A model generated the notes under the pieces. That model was not told the origin of the DNA and searched no databases. It saw only the letters and a list, made by a program, of their open reading frames with translations. A stretch of 55,112 bases of DNA from an uncultured Burkholderiales Genera incertae sedis bacterium (lineage in GTDB: Bacteria > Pseudomonadota > Gammaproteobacteria > Burkholderiales > Eutrophovitaceae). Numbering within the stretch: position 1 is the stretch's first letter; each line of letters begins with the position of its first letter. Positions 37,855-48,521 of this stretch are shown here, piece after piece. Location of the stretch: NCBI GenBank assembly GCA_905478365.1, contig CAJQIK010000028.1, positions 1-55,112 of the forward strand. Direction: 5' to 3'. Position numbers and translations under genes: made by a program.

Positions 37855-39933
37855 ATGAAAAATCATGTCGATAATCCTACCAACTATGCCAGTGATCTTG
37901 AGAAGGTTGCTACACCTGCTGTTCGTGCGAAGCTGATTAAGTTGGGAATATCCCGAGCGCAAGATTTGCTGACTTTTTTTCCTATTCGATATGAAGATGA
38001 GACTCAAGTGGTTAGTATCGCTGATGCTCCAGAACGAGAGCTGATTCAAATAGAAGTCACCGTGATTCAGGCTAAAGTCGAGTTTCGACCGCGGCGTCAA
38101 TTAGTGGTTTCGGTTCAGGATGTAACGGACATTGCCTCGCTTCGTTTTTTGAATTTTTATCCCAGCCAACAACGAATGTTAGAGGTAGGAGTGCGCATAA
38201 GGGTAGTTGGTGAATTTAGGCTTAATCGTCAACGTGTGAAAGAAATGGTTCATCCAAGGTACAAAAAAATACTTGCTAACGATGAACTACCGACGACGTT
38301 AACGCCAGTTTATGCAACGACTAAAGGACTAGGGCAGGTATCAATTCGTAAAGCAGTCGCGCGCGCATTTACTGTTGCGGATCAAACGGATACGCTTCTA
38401 CCCATTTATTTAAGTGATCTTGGCTTGCCGAGTTTTTCTCGCACTGTAAAGACTCTCCATAGACCTCAGGCTGACGTTGATCCAGCGTTACTCAAAGATA
38501 GGCGTAGCGAGTTTTGGGCGCGCCTAAGTTTTGATGAGCTTTTAGCGCAGCAACTTATCATGCGAAAGAATTACGATAAGCGTGAACAATATTCTGCTCC
38601 GATAATGTCGCCGATTAACTCACGGATGGAGTTATTTTTATCTCGACTCGGTTTCAAACTCACGAATGCCCAAGAGATAGCACTGTCTGAAATCCAGGCA
38701 GATATGTCTGAACGCCTACCAATGCGACGCTTGCTACAAGGTGATGTTGGAAGCGGTAAGACAGTAATTGCTGCGTTGGCGGCGCTTCAAGCTATTGACG
38801 CAGGTTATCAAGTCGCTTTAATGGTCCCAACTGAAATTCTATCGGAGCAACACTTTAAAAAAATAGAAAGTTGGTTAACTATTCTGGATGTAAGCGTTGA
38901 GCGCCTAACAGGAAGTCTAACGAAATTGGAACGAAGTCAAACGAGTGACAGGATTAAAACAGGGCTTGCTCACATTGTTATCGGGACACATGCTCTATTT
39001 CAAGAAGATGTTGTATTTAAAAAATTAGGGCTAGTAATCATTGATGAGCAACATCGATTTGGGGTGAAACAAAGATTAGCGCTAATCGACAAGGGAGCCG
39101 ATAAACTGAATCAAACTCATCAGCTGATGATGAGTGCTACGCCAATACCTCGGTCTTTAGCTATGAGTTTCTTCGGAGATTTAGATGTGTCTGTGATTGA
39201 TGAGCTGCCGCCAGGCCGTGTTCCGATTATAACCAAGCTTGTTAGTAATAGCCGGAGACAAGAGGTTTTTGAGCGCATCCAAGACACATGCCGGTCCGGC
39301 CAACAAGTGTATTGGGTTTGCCCTCTTATAGAAGAGTCTGAGACATTACAATTGGAGACGGCTATTCAAACTCACGAGCTAATCCAAGCTCAGTTTCCAC
39401 ATCTCCGTATTGGCATCGTGCATGGCCGAATGAAGAGCCAAGAGAAAACGCGAACTATGGAGGATTTTACTAACGGGAGTATTCACTTGCTCGTTGCTAC
39501 TTCCGTGATCGAGGTTGGGGTTGATGTGCCGAATGCCACAGTGATGGTCATTGAGAATGCTGAGAGGATGGGTCTATCTCAGCTACACCAATTGAGAGGG
39601 CGCATTGGTCGCGGGTCTGGCGCCAGCACTTGTATCCTGCTGTATAGCTCCAAGCTGACAGAGACGGCGCGATCACGATTAAAGATTATCTATGAAAACA
39701 TAGATGGGTTTGAGGTTGCTAGGGCGGACCTTCAGCTTAGAGGGCCTGGCGAAATATTAGGTGCCCGACAGTCTGGGGTGCCGATGCTCCGCTACGCTGA
39801 TCCAGAAAGAGATGTGCTACTTTTAGAAAAAGCTAAGCATTTTGCGCCGGATTTTTTAACGAATCACCCAGAGTTGGCGGAACGACATATTAGCCGGTGG
39901 TATGGTTCGCGGGAAAAATTCTCTGAGGTGTAG
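37855..39933 (+). CDS. recG: ATP-dependent DNA helicase RecG
   Basis: About 692 aa from the ATG at 37855 (a TTG at 37846 is also possible). Wedge domain, helicase motifs LLQGDVGSGKT, IIDEQHRFGV, MSATPIPR, and HQLRGRIGRG. Confidence 0.95.
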   Translation: MKNHVDNPTNYASDLEKVATPAVRAKLIKLGISRAQDLLTFFPIRYEDETQVVSIADAPERELIQIEVTVIQAKVEFRPRRQLVVSVQDVTDIASLRFLNFYPSQQRMLEVGVRIRVVGEFRLNRQRVKEMVHPRYKKILANDELPTTLTPVYATTKGLGQVSIRKAVARAFTVADQTDTLLPIYLSDLGLPSFSRTVKTLHRPQADVDPALLKDRRSEFWARLSFDELLAQQLIMRKNYDKREQYSAPIMSPINSRMELFLSRLGFKLTNAQEIALSEIQADMSERLPMRRLLQGDVGSGKTVIAALAALQAIDAGYQVALMVPTEILSEQHFKKIESWLTILDVSVERLTGSLTKLERSQTSDRIKTGLAHIVIGTHALFQEDVVFKKLGLVIIDEQHRFGVKQRLALIDKGADKLNQTHQLMMSATPIPRSLAMSFFGDLDVSVIDELPPGRVPIITKLVSNSRRQEVFERIQDTCRSGQQVYWVCPLIEESETLQLETAIQTHELIQAQFPHLRIGIVHGRMKSQEKTRTMEDFTNGSIHLLVATSVIEVGVDVPNATVMVIENAERMGLSQLHQLRGRIGRGSGASTCILLYSSKLTETARSRLKIIYENIDGFEVARADLQLRGPGEILGARQSGVPMLRYADPERDVLLLEKAKHFAPDFLTNHPELAERHISRWYGSREKFSEV

Positions 39934-39937
39934 TGAT

Positions 39938-40813
39938 ATGTTAAACGGATTATGTAACCGGCTATCTATTTACGCGAGGTTAATCCGTATAGATAAGCCA
40001 GTGGGTATTTTTTTACTTCTCTGGCCGACGCTATGGGCACTATGGATGGCATCAGAAGGATTGCCGGACGCCAAGATTTTTTTTATTTACTTGCTCGGTA
40101 CTTTTTTAATGCGTTCCGCGGGGTGCGCGATCAATGACTATGCCGATCGCGAGTTTGACCCCTTGGTGAAACGCACGGCTGGTCGACCAATAGCGAACGA
40201 AGAAATCGCCCCATGGGAAGCGTTAATTATCGCGTCCGTATTGTCTACAATAGCTTTCGGCTTGGTGCTGACGCTCAACTTATTAACAATAAAGTTATCC
40301 TTCTTAGCGATGTTTCTTGCTGTCAGTTATCCATATGCAAAGAGAGTGATCTCAATACCTCAGGCTTACTTAGGTGTGGCGTTTAGCTTTGGAATCCCTA
40401 TGGCTTGGGCGTCTACCGGAAACCATGTGCCACTAGTGGCTTTAATAACTATGTTGGGTAATCTTTGTTGGGTCCTCGCTTACGATACGCAATATGCGAT
40501 GGTAGATCGTGATGATGACTTGAAAATAGGAATTAAAACGACAGCTATATTATTCGGCAAATTCGATGTCTTGTGGATTATCTTTTTTCAAAGCTCTTTT
40601 GTCGTTGTTATGTCAATAGTTGGGATTATGGGTGGTCTAGGGGTATTTTATTTTATAGGTCTAGCCTGTGCGGCGGTCGGTATGGCATGGCAGTATCCAA
40701 TGATCAAGACTCGATCTCGGGAGGGGTGTTTCAAGGCATTTCGGCACAATAATTCTATCGGTGGTATTGTTTTTTTAGGGTTGGTTATCGATCTTATATT
40801 AGCGTCTTCATAG
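39938..40813 (+). CDS. ubiA: 4-hydroxybenzoate polyprenyltransferase
   Basis: The ATG at 39938, 4 nt after the recG stop, gives MLNGLCNRLSIYARLIRIDKPVGIFLLLWPTLWAL. Asp-rich motifs NDYADREFD and YAMVDRDDD are present. The longer ORF from 39902 lies inside recG. Confidence 0.92.
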   Translation: MLNGLCNRLSIYARLIRIDKPVGIFLLLWPTLWALWMASEGLPDAKIFFIYLLGTFLMRSAGCAINDYADREFDPLVKRTAGRPIANEEIAPWEALIIASVLSTIAFGLVLTLNLLTIKLSFLAMFLAVSYPYAKRVISIPQAYLGVAFSFGIPMAWASTGNHVPLVALITMLGNLCWVLAYDTQYAMVDRDDDLKIGIKTTAILFGKFDVLWIIFFQSSFVVVMSIVGIMGGLGVFYFIGLACAAVGMAWQYPMIKTRSREGCFKAFRHNNSIGGIVFLGLVIDLILASS

Positions 40814-41024
40814 TAGGTTGTTATATTGGTGTCGAGTGATAATTGGGTGTTACAATAAACTTCAAGTTAATTCGGCTCGTCGGGCTCGAAGAGATTTTTT
40901 TGTCTGTTGATTACTTTTAGAACTAATTTTAGTAACTTTGGTTAATTTGTAGGGTAGTTACTCACTCTTTCGATGAAGGCTAAAAACTGATCAACTTGTA
41001 GCGAATGGAATGGAGAGCATTAAA

Positions 41025-41342
41025 ATGAAGAAAGCTGTTGTAAGTTGTCTCGTTGCCTTTGGTTTAAGTTTTTTTTCAAACGTTCAGGCGAATGACGTTG
41101 AAGCGTTAGCAAAGAGTAAAAATTGTTTAAGTTGTCACGCAGTAGATAAAAAGTTAGTAGGGCCTGCATACAAGGAAATTGCTAAAGGCAAAGATCCAAA
41201 GGGCGGAGAAATAACGGTAGAGAGGCTCGTCAAGTCTATCAAAGCTGGAAGTATGGGTAAGTGGGGTCCAATTCCTATGCCACCTAACGCTGTTACCGAC
41301 GATGAGGCGAAGCAACTCGCTGAATGGATTATGTCTCTCTAA
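41025..41342 (+). CDS. Class I c-type cytochrome, c551/c8 family, periplasmic
   Basis: The ATG at 41025 has GGAG 9 nt upstream and gives MKKAVVSCLVAFGLSFFSNVQA (signal peptide). Haem motif CLSCH, then VGPAYKEIA...GSMGKWGPIPMPPN...EAKQLAEWI, closely parallel to Pseudomonas cytochrome c551. An alternative ATG lies at 41010. Confidence 0.85.
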   Translation: MKKAVVSCLVAFGLSFFSNVQANDVEALAKSKNCLSCHAVDKKLVGPAYKEIAKGKDPKGGEITVERLVKSIKAGSMGKWGPIPMPPNAVTDDEAKQLAEWIMSL

Positions 41343-41370
41343 GTAAGTTGCTTTAAGGGATGAAAAATTT

Positions 41371-41398
41371 AAAAAACCGGCAATTAGCCGGTTTTTTT
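41371..41398 (+). terminator. Intrinsic terminator after the cytochrome c gene
   Basis: AAAAAACCGGC-aatta-GCCGGTTTTTTT. The GC core stem is flanked by complementary A and T runs and may act in both directions. Confidence 0.8.
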
Positions 41399-41428
41399 GT
41401 TTTCGTTGTGCCTGGTTGAAATCAAAAA

Positions 41429-41456
41429 TTGACACACTGGCATCCACTGTTAATAT
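41429..41456 (+). promoter_or_regulatory. Candidate sigma-70 promoter of the liv-type ABC transporter operon
   Basis: TTGACA (41429-41434), a 16-nt spacer, then TAATAT (41451-41456), about 60 nt upstream of the substrate-binding-protein ATG. This is a motif match only. Confidence 0.4.
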
Positions 41457-41516
41457 TACCTTGGGCCAATGAGGCAATCGAGATCTTGATCGAGATAAAA
41501 TTTTGGAGATGAAAAA

Positions 41517-42671
41517 ATGATATTGAAACGTTCACTCGCAATAGTTGTTGCGGCAATGGTTGTTGCTGGATGTGGCGCAGAGAGTGAGACCAGCGACGGC
41601 AAACAAATTATTAATATCGGTCACGTTGGCCCACTTACTGGTCCTATTTCCCATCTTGGAAAGGACAATGAGCGTGGTGCTGGCTTGGCGGTTGATGAGG
41701 CTAATGAGTTAGACCTGGTAATTGATGGGATCCCTATTCAATTTAGGTTGTTATCGGAAGATGATGAGGCTAATCCGCAAAAAGCAACCGTCGTTGCACA
41801 AAAGTTGGTCGATTCCAACATAGTCGGAGTAGTGGGACACCTGAACTCTGGAACGACCATCCCTGCCTCAACTATATATTTCAACTCTGGGATCCCGCAG
41901 GTATCGCCGTCAGCTACCGCTATTACTTATACCCATCAGGACTATCAAACAGCACATCGTGTGATGGCAAATGACGAGCAGCAGGGCAAGGTTTTAGGTG
42001 ATTATGCTGTTAAGACACTCGGCGCTATGGGCATAGCAATCATTGATGATCGAAGTGCCTATGGAAAAGGTTTAGCTGATGAGTTTGAGTCAGCGATTAA
42101 GGATGCGGGCGGTAAGATTTTAACGAGAGAATTTACCGACATCACGAAAACAGATTTCACAGCAATTTTGACAAAAATAAAAGGCTTGAATCCCGATTTG
42201 ATTTTTTATGGTGGAATGGATTCCCAAGCTGGGCCCATGATGAAACAAATTAAAAACCTAGGACTAACGAGTCTCTTTTTAGCTGGAGACGGCGTGCAGA
42301 CTACGCAATTCATGGTGTTGGCAGGCGCTGAGGGCGAAGGCGCATACGCTTCATCTCCCGGGCTACCGTTAGACCAAATGGCTGGAGGTAAGGAGTTCCG
42401 GGAAAAGTTTAAGCAAATTTATCGAGAGGATATACAGCTTTACGCTCCTTATGCTTACGACGCGACCTTTGTAATGATTAACGCGATGATGCGTGCAAAT
42501 TCAACTGATCCAGCAATATATTTGCCGTTTCTCAGAAACACTGATTTCCCGGGTGTTACTGGCCGGATTCGTTTTGACGAGCGCGGAGATCTTAGGGGTG
42601 GAAGTATAAGTCTCTATCAGGTTGTGGAGGGTAAATGGCAATACGTTGAAACAATTGGTGGTGCTGATTAA
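41517..42671 (+). CDS. Branched-chain amino acid (Leu/Ile/Val-type) ABC transporter substrate-binding protein, predicted lipoprotein
   Basis: 384 aa. Signal peptide with lipobox VVAGC at Cys19. The type-I periplasmic binding fold pattern is present (IGHVGPLTGP...GKD...G..LAV...VVGHLNSG). Confidence 0.85.
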   Translation: MILKRSLAIVVAAMVVAGCGAESETSDGKQIINIGHVGPLTGPISHLGKDNERGAGLAVDEANELDLVIDGIPIQFRLLSEDDEANPQKATVVAQKLVDSNIVGVVGHLNSGTTIPASTIYFNSGIPQVSPSATAITYTHQDYQTAHRVMANDEQQGKVLGDYAVKTLGAMGIAIIDDRSAYGKGLADEFESAIKDAGGKILTREFTDITKTDFTAILTKIKGLNPDLIFYGGMDSQAGPMMKQIKNLGLTSLFLAGDGVQTTQFMVLAGAEGEGAYASSPGLPLDQMAGGKEFREKFKQIYREDIQLYAPYAYDATFVMINAMMRANSTDPAIYLPFLRNTDFPGVTGRIRFDERGDLRGGSISLYQVVEGKWQYVETIGGAD

Positions 42672-42729
42672 TGTGACTTGTGCGTCCTTTTGTTTGAGTT
42701 AATGTCTCTCGAGGGAGCCGAGTAGCACG

Positions 42730-43659
42730 ATGGATATTTTTGCTCAGCAAGTTTTAAATGGATTAGTTCTAGGTAGTGTTTATGCTTTGGTGGCGCTGGG
42801 ATACACCATGGTTTACGGTATCCTTGGGCTGATTAATTTTGCGCACGGTGAAGTAGTAATGATTGGCGCCATGATCGCGCTCGCGGTTGTATCAGCTTTG
42901 CTGTCGGTATTCCCCGAAATGTCCCCATTTTTGATGATCGCATTAGCTGGAACTGCGGCAATACTCGTGTGTATGTCGCTGGCTTTCTTTATTGAGCGGT
43001 TAGCCTACCGGCCGCTACGCAACGCGCCGCGGCTCGCACCATTGATTACGGCGATAGGAATATCGATTCTGCTCCAAAATATTGCCATGATTATTTGGGG
43101 TCGTAAGTATAAAACGGTGCCCCAAATTTTTCCTACGGAAACATTTGAATTATTTGGTGCGAACATCACTAGCGTCCAGATATTCATTATTACGGTATCA
43201 GCGCTTCTTATGGCTGGCTTACTTGTTATTGTTCATTTCACAAAGTTGGGGCGAGCAATGCGCGCCACGTCCGAGAGTCAGCGTGTAGCAGGACTGATGG
43301 GTATTAACGTTAATAAAATAATTTCTGTAACGTTCATGATAGGAGCAGGTTTAGCTGCCGTGGCTGGAATTTTGATCGCAGGTAACTATAGCGTAGCGCA
43401 TTACTCAATGGGCTTTATGCTCGGCCTTAAAGCGTTTACGGCTGCGGTGCTCGGTGGCATCGGGAATCTTGGAGGTGCCGTTCTTGGGGGATTGTTACTT
43501 GGGCTCATTGAGAGCATTGGTGCGGGCTACATTGGTGATCTTACGGGTGGGTTTTTAGGTAGCCATTATCAGGATGTTTTTGCGTTTGTTGTTTTAATTG
43601 TTGTTTTGGTTTTCAGGCCTACGGGTATCATGGGTGAGCGTGTATCGGAGCGAGCATGA
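42730..43659 (+). CDS. livH: Branched-chain amino acid ABC transporter permease (LivH type)
   Basis: 309 aa. QQVLNGLVLGSVYALVALGYTMVYGILGLINFAHGE is the hallmark LivH N-terminus. The protein is multi-TM. Confidence 0.88.
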   Translation: MDIFAQQVLNGLVLGSVYALVALGYTMVYGILGLINFAHGEVVMIGAMIALAVVSALLSVFPEMSPFLMIALAGTAAILVCMSLAFFIERLAYRPLRNAPRLAPLITAIGISILLQNIAMIIWGRKYKTVPQIFPTETFELFGANITSVQIFIITVSALLMAGLLVIVHFTKLGRAMRATSESQRVAGLMGINVNKIISVTFMIGAGLAAVAGILIAGNYSVAHYSMGFMLGLKAFTAAVLGGIGNLGGAVLGGLLLGLIESIGAGYIGDLTGGFLGSHYQDVFAFVVLIVVLVFRPTGIMGERVSERA

Positions 43660-44756
43660 AGTACTTTATGCAAGATTTATGGCGTAGATTTACGGGTAAT
43701 AGGAGGGCGTTATTTTTTGGGTATGTTCTCTTGTTCGTAGCGCTAGCATTATTGCCTTTTCTCTTAAGTAATACCGTAGGCCGAACGTGGGTACGTATCC
43801 TTGATTTTGCGTTGATTTACGCCATGCTAGCTTTGGGTTTGAATATAGTCGTGGGCTTCGCAGGTTTATTGGATTTAGGGTACATCGCGTTTTACGCTGT
43901 GGGCGCTTATACTTGGGCGCTCCTGGCGTCTCCGCAGTTCGATTTGCATCTTCCTTTTTGGGCGATATTACCTATTGGCGCTGGTATGGCAGCCCTCTTT
44001 GGTGTGTTGCTTGGCGCGCCGACACTGCGGCTGCGAGGAGACTATTTAGCTATCGTTACTTTGGGGTTTGGGGAAATTATTCGAATCTTTCTCAATAATC
44101 TAGACCACCCAGTTAATGTAACGAACGGGCCAATCGGTATTAATAAAATTGATCCAATAAGCATTGGGGGAGCTGACCTAACTAAGACTCATGAGCTATT
44201 AGGAATTGTATTTTCAGGCGTCCATATTTATTACTATGTCTTACTCATACTTTTATTTTTGACGATTGTCATCTGTGTTCGACTTGAAAAATCAAGAATT
44301 GGTCGCGCGTGGTTGGCTATCAGAGAAGATGAGCTGGCGGCTCAGGCAATGGGCATTAATACGCGTAATGTAAAGCTTTTGGCGTTTGCTTTGGGCGCGA
44401 TGTTTGGTGGTGTCGCCGGCGGTCTATTCGCAAGTCTGCAGGGATTCGTAAGCCCCGAAAGTTTTGGATTGCTCGAGTCAATAATGGTTTTGTGTATGGT
44501 CGTTCTCGGTGGTATGGGGCATGTTTATGGGGTGTTGCTCGGAGCACTTTTGCTTACGGTGCTGCCAGAAATTTTGAGATCAACTGCTTCACCAATTCAG
44601 CGCACCTTATTTGGAGAGGTGTATATCGACCCCGAGGCGCTTCGAATGTTGCTTTTTGGTTTAGCCTTGATTCTGGTAATGCTTGTCCGTCCTACGGGCC
44701 TTTGGCCAGCGCCAAAACGTCGAACAGTTATAGATCAAGACATCGTTGAAGACTAG
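43656..44756 (+). CDS. livM: Branched-chain amino acid ABC transporter permease (LivM type)
   Basis: 366 aa. GLNIVVGFAGLLDLGYIAFYAVGAY and RLRGDYLAIVTLGFGEI are typical LivM motifs. It overlaps livH by 4 nt. Confidence 0.88.
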   Translation: MKYFMQDLWRRFTGNRRALFFGYVLLFVALALLPFLLSNTVGRTWVRILDFALIYAMLALGLNIVVGFAGLLDLGYIAFYAVGAYTWALLASPQFDLHLPFWAILPIGAGMAALFGVLLGAPTLRLRGDYLAIVTLGFGEIIRIFLNNLDHPVNVTNGPIGINKIDPISIGGADLTKTHELLGIVFSGVHIYYYVLLILLFLTIVICVRLEKSRIGRAWLAIREDELAAQAMGINTRNVKLLAFALGAMFGGVAGGLFASLQGFVSPESFGLLESIMVLCMVVLGGMGHVYGVLLGALLLTVLPEILRSTASPIQRTLFGEVYIDPEALRMLLFGLALILVMLVRPTGLWPAPKRRTVIDQDIVED

Positions 44757-44768
44757 ATTATTGTTTAT

Positions 44769-45533
44769 ATGTCGTTATTAGAGTTAGTAAAAATAAATAA
44801 AAACTTCGGCGGAGTTCAAGCGTTGGATGATGTCTCATTAACGATTAACAAGGGCGAAATATATGGTTTGATTGGGCCAAATGGAGCCGGAAAGACGACG
44901 CTATTCAATGTTATAACTGGTGTTTATCTTCCGAATAACGGTGGAATTAGCTTTGACCAACAGTCTATTGTTGGACGCAAACCTTACCAAGTCGCTTTAG
45001 CTGGTATAGCGCGAACATTTCAAAACATTCGTCTTTTCCAAAATATGACCGTGATGGAAAATGTCATGGTCGGTATGCATGCTAATACGTCTACAGGATC
45101 ATTTGGTGCAATTTTTAGCACCAAATCGGCGAGGCATGAAGAGAAAATGATTCGGGAGCAATCAGCCAAGTGGTTATCCTATGTGGGTATTTTGACCGAA
45201 GCTAACAATCTTGCCCGAAATTTATCCTATGGAGACCAGCGACGATTAGAAATTGCGCGGGCTCTGGCAACGAAACCAAAATTACTGGCGCTAGATGAGC
45301 CGGCTGCTGGTATGAATGCTACGGAGACGGAAGAACTCAAACTGTTGATTCAAAGAATTAGAAATGATGGGATATCAATATTATTGATTGAGCATGACGT
45401 TAAGCTCATCATGAATTTGTGTGATCGCGTAGCTGTGCTGGATTTCGGGCAAAAAATAGCCGAAGACGTTCCGCAGCGTGTGCGGACAGATCCGAAAGTT
45501 ATACAAGCTTATATTGGCGGAGAGTTGCCATGA
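44769..45533 (+). CDS. livG: Branched-chain amino acid ABC transporter ATP-binding protein (LivG type)
   Basis: 254 aa. Walker [13 protein letters not shown] signature [15 protein letters not shown], Walker [11 protein letters not shown]. Confidence 0.9.
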   Translation: MSLLELVKINKNFGGVQALDDVSLTINKGEIYGLIGPNGAGKTTLFNVITGVYLPNNGGISFDQQSIVGRKPYQVALAGIARTFQNIRLFQNMTVMENVMVGMHANTSTGSFGAIFSTKSARHEEKMIREQSAKWLSYVGILTEANNLARNLSYGDQRRLEIARALATKPKLLALDEPAAGMNATETEELKLLIQRIRNDGISILLIEHDVKLIMNLCDRVAVLDFGQKIAEDVPQRVRTDPKVIQAYIGGELP

Positions 45534-46243
45534 GTTTTTTGGAGACGCGGTTACTTGGCGTAAGATACGGCGGCATTCGAGCAGTTAGAGATATTGATAT
45601 AAAAGTTGAAGAGGGTGAAACGGTGGCCTTAATTGGTGCAAATGGGGCTGGTAAGAGCTCTATGCTCAATGCGATAGCTGGCGTACTCCCTCATACAGGT
45701 AAGATATATTTCAACAATGCAGACTTAACTAATAAACCGGTGTTTGATCGCGTAAAGCTTGGGATTTCTATGGTACCCGAGGGCCGAGGTGTATTTGGTC
45801 GCTTGACAGTGGAAGAAAACCTTCTGATGGGCGCCTATCTTGGTAACAGTCAACAGGACCAAGATGCAGACTTAAAACAGATGTATGAATTTTTCCCGAG
45901 ATTGAAAGAGCGGCGGGGTCAAACCGGTGGAACTTTGTCTGGTGGTGAACAGCAAATGTTGGCTATTGCGCGCGCATTGATGTCGAGACCAAAATTATTA
46001 TTATTAGATGAGCCTTCAATGGGTTTGGCGCCCATTATGGTTGAGAAGATTTTTGAAGTTATTCGAGGTGTATCTAAAACGGGAGTTACAATTTTATTAG
46101 TTGAACAGAACGCTCGTTTAGCCCTAGAGTCTAGTGAGCGAGCTTACGTAATGGAGAGTGGCGAGTTATCGATAACTGGCGAATCGAGCGAACTACTTCA
46201 CAGTCCCAAAATACGCTCCTCTTATCTGGGTGAAGGCGACTGA
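45530..46243 (+). CDS. livF: Branched-chain amino acid ABC transporter ATP-binding protein (LivF type)
   Basis: 237 aa. GANGAGKSS, LSGGEQQMLAIARAL, LLLLDEPSMGLAP. It overlaps livG by 4 nt. Confidence 0.9.
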   Translation: MSFLETRLLGVRYGGIRAVRDIDIKVEEGETVALIGANGAGKSSMLNAIAGVLPHTGKIYFNNADLTNKPVFDRVKLGISMVPEGRGVFGRLTVEENLLMGAYLGNSQQDQDADLKQMYEFFPRLKERRGQTGGTLSGGEQQMLAIARALMSRPKLLLLDEPSMGLAPIMVEKIFEVIRGVSKTGVTILLVEQNARLALESSERAYVMESGELSITGESSELLHSPKIRSSYLGEGD

Positions 46244-46290
46244 ATCAAATATGACAGATTTATAGGATTGCGTGTATCTTTCCAGGTTAT

Positions 46291-47190
46291 CTAGACCCAG
46301 TCCTTACCAATTAAATACCTTCCATATAATGTTTCTTCTGCGGTGTTGCTATCGGGGCGCCAGTTATAGCGCCATTTCACGTTGGGTGGCATGGACATCA
46401 AGATTGATTCTGTTCGTCCGCCTGATTGAAGTCCAAACAGGGTTCCGCGATCAAATACTAAATTAAATTCTACGTATCGACCTCGTCGATACGCTTGAAA
46501 ATCCTTTTCTTTTTCACCGAATAGAGTTCCTTGACGTTTTTTAACAATTGGCATGTAGGCGACTAGAAAATTTTCTCCTACGCTACGGGTTATTGCAAAG
46601 CAAGTATTAAAGTCGGGCGTTGATAGATCATCAAAAAATATACCACCGACTCCTCTGGGTTCTTGACGATGTTTTAAATAAAAATAGGTATCGCACCATT
46701 TTTTAAATTTTGGGTGGAGTGCTTTATCAAATGGGTCGAGTGAGGCCTTGCAAGTCCCATGAAAATGTATGCAGTCCTCATCAAAACCGTAGTAGGGCGT
46801 TAAGTCCATGCCGCCGCCAAACCACCAAACCGGCTCTTCAGATTTTTTCACGGCAAAGAAAAAACGGACATTCATGTGCACTGTTGGCACATAAGGATTA
46901 TTCGGGTGTAGTACGACCGAGACGCCCATAGCTTCGAAAGATCGGCCCGCTAATTCAGGACGGGCTGTGGTAGCAGACGGAGGTAACTGATCCCCAAATA
47001 CATGAGAGAAATTAACCCCGGCGCGTTCAAACAAGTTGCCACCCTCAAGAACTTGGCTGATACCTCCGCCGCCAGACTCCCGCTCCCATGTATCGATGAT
47101 AAAGCGCTTTCCATCAAGCGCTTCGACTTCTTTGACGATGTTATCTTGAAGTGATGTGAAAAACTCTTTTACAGGGGTAACCTCTACCAT
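46291..47190 (-). CDS. hemF: Oxygen-dependent coproporphyrinogen III oxidase
   Basis: [64 protein letters not shown] chose the ATG at 47190. A TTG at 47199 overlapping the purD stop is the alternative used in the ORF track. Confidence 0.92.
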   Translation of the reverse strand: MVEVTPVKEFFTSLQDNIVKEVEALDGKRFIIDTWERESGGGGISQVLEGGNLFERAGVNFSHVFGDQLPPSATTARPELAGRSFEAMGVSVVLHPNNPYVPTVHMNVRFFFAVKKSEEPVWWFGGGMDLTPYYGFDEDCIHFHGTCKASLDPFDKALHPKFKKWCDTYFYLKHRQEPRGVGGIFFDDLSTPDFNTCFAITRSVGENFLVAYMPIVKKRQGTLFGEKEKDFQAYRRGRYVEFNLVFDRGTLFGLQSGGRTESILMSMPPNVKWRYNWRPDSNTAEETLYGRYLIGKDWV

Positions 47191-47195
47191 AACTT

Positions 47196-48464
47196 TCAAT
47201 TCTTATTTGCTCGGTGACCGATATCAGTCCGATATTGTTTATCAGGGAAGGAAATGTCGTTTAACGTTTTTAGTGCTAAGTCACGTGCTTGAGCCGCGTT
47301 TTCTCCTAGAGCCGTTACACATAGAACGCGGCCACCACTAGTGACAAGCTGATCGTCAACAAAAGTAGTTCCGGCATGGAAGATATGCACGTCAGAGTTG
47401 TTCTCCGTTGAGATCTTGATAATTTCGCCTTTTCGCGGCGACATAGGATAGCCTTTAGCTGCAAGAACTATACCCAGTGCTGTTCTTCGGTCCCAAACGG
47501 ATTCGACTTGGTCTAGCGTGCCCATTAATGCATGTTCTATCAACGTTACCAAATCACTTTTTAGGCGCATCATGATCGGCTGGGTTTCCGGATCCCCCAG
47601 GCGACAATTAAACTCCAGCACTTTAATGCTTTGATCGGGAGCGATCATCAATCCAGCGTAGAGAAATCCAACAAAGGGTGTTCCGGCCTTTTTCATGCCA
47701 TCAAGGACAGGCTCAATTACTTGTTTTATAGCCTTCGCATGCAGCTCTGGTGTCACAACCGGTGCTGGTGAGTAAGCGCCCATACCTCCGGTATTCGGTC
47801 CTTGGTCATCATTCAGTAATCTTTTATGGTCTTGGCTTGTCGCGAGCGGCAGAATATGTTCGCCGTCAATCATGACAATAAAGCTAGCCTCTTCACCAAC
47901 TAGAAATTCCTCTATCACCACTTTTGCGCCCGCTACGCCCATTCCATTTTTAACGAGCATCATGTCTACGGCTTCGTGTGCCTCTTGTTCGGTCATAGCT
48001 ACAACGACACCTTTACCTGCCGCTAAGCCATCGGCTTTAACAACGATCGGCGCGCCTTTCGCAGAGATATAGTTATGAGCCGCCTCCGGCTCGATGAAGG
48101 TGCTGTATTCAGCTGTTGGGATATTATGATTTGCCATAAATTGTTTAGCGAAATCTTTTGAGCTCTCAAGTTGAGCCGCTGCTGCTACAGGCCCGAAAAT
48201 CATAAGCCCCTTGGCTTTAAACGCATCAACAATACCTTCGCTTAATGGGGCCTCAGGACCTACTATAGTCATATCAATATTCTTTGAAATCGCGAAATCG
48301 ATTAAATCATCGGTTTCGTGTAACAGCACATTTTCTATTCCTTTTTCGGACGATGTGCCTGCGTTTCCCGGAGCTACATATATCTTTGATATTCGTGGAG
48401 ATTGCGCAAGACGCCAGGCAATTGCATGTTCCCGACCGCCGCTACCAATAACGAGAAGTTTCAT
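47196..48464 (-). CDS. purD: Phosphoribosylamine--glycine ligase
   Basis: 422 aa. [46 protein letters not shown]. Confidence 0.97.
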   Translation of the reverse strand: MKLLVIGSGGREHAIAWRLAQSPRISKIYVAPGNAGTSSEKGIENVLLHETDDLIDFAISKNIDMTIVGPEAPLSEGIVDAFKAKGLMIFGPVAAAAQLESSKDFAKQFMANHNIPTAEYSTFIEPEAAHNYISAKGAPIVVKADGLAAGKGVVVAMTEQEAHEAVDMMLVKNGMGVAGAKVVIEEFLVGEEASFIVMIDGEHILPLATSQDHKRLLNDDQGPNTGGMGAYSPAPVVTPELHAKAIKQVIEPVLDGMKKAGTPFVGFLYAGLMIAPDQSIKVLEFNCRLGDPETQPIMMRLKSDLVTLIEHALMGTLDQVESVWDRRTALGIVLAAKGYPMSPRKGEIIKISTENNSDVHIFHAGTTFVDDQLVTSGGRVLCVTALGENAAQARDLALKTLNDISFPDKQYRTDIGHRANKN

Positions 48465-48521
48465 AATAATTTGTATCCTGTACCTAGGCGGTAAACTAAG
48501 TTTCTAGATTGATTATCCATT

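Noticed and set aside
37828-38100. 90-aa minus-strand ORF overlapping the recG start
   Set aside because: It is antisense to the conserved RecG N-terminus, has no RBS, and has no recognisable domain.
40973-40990. Five-codon mini-ORF (MKAKN) in the cytochrome c leader
   Set aside because: It has no Shine-Dalgarno sequence and no attenuator-like alternative structures around it. Tiny ORFs of this size are expected by chance.
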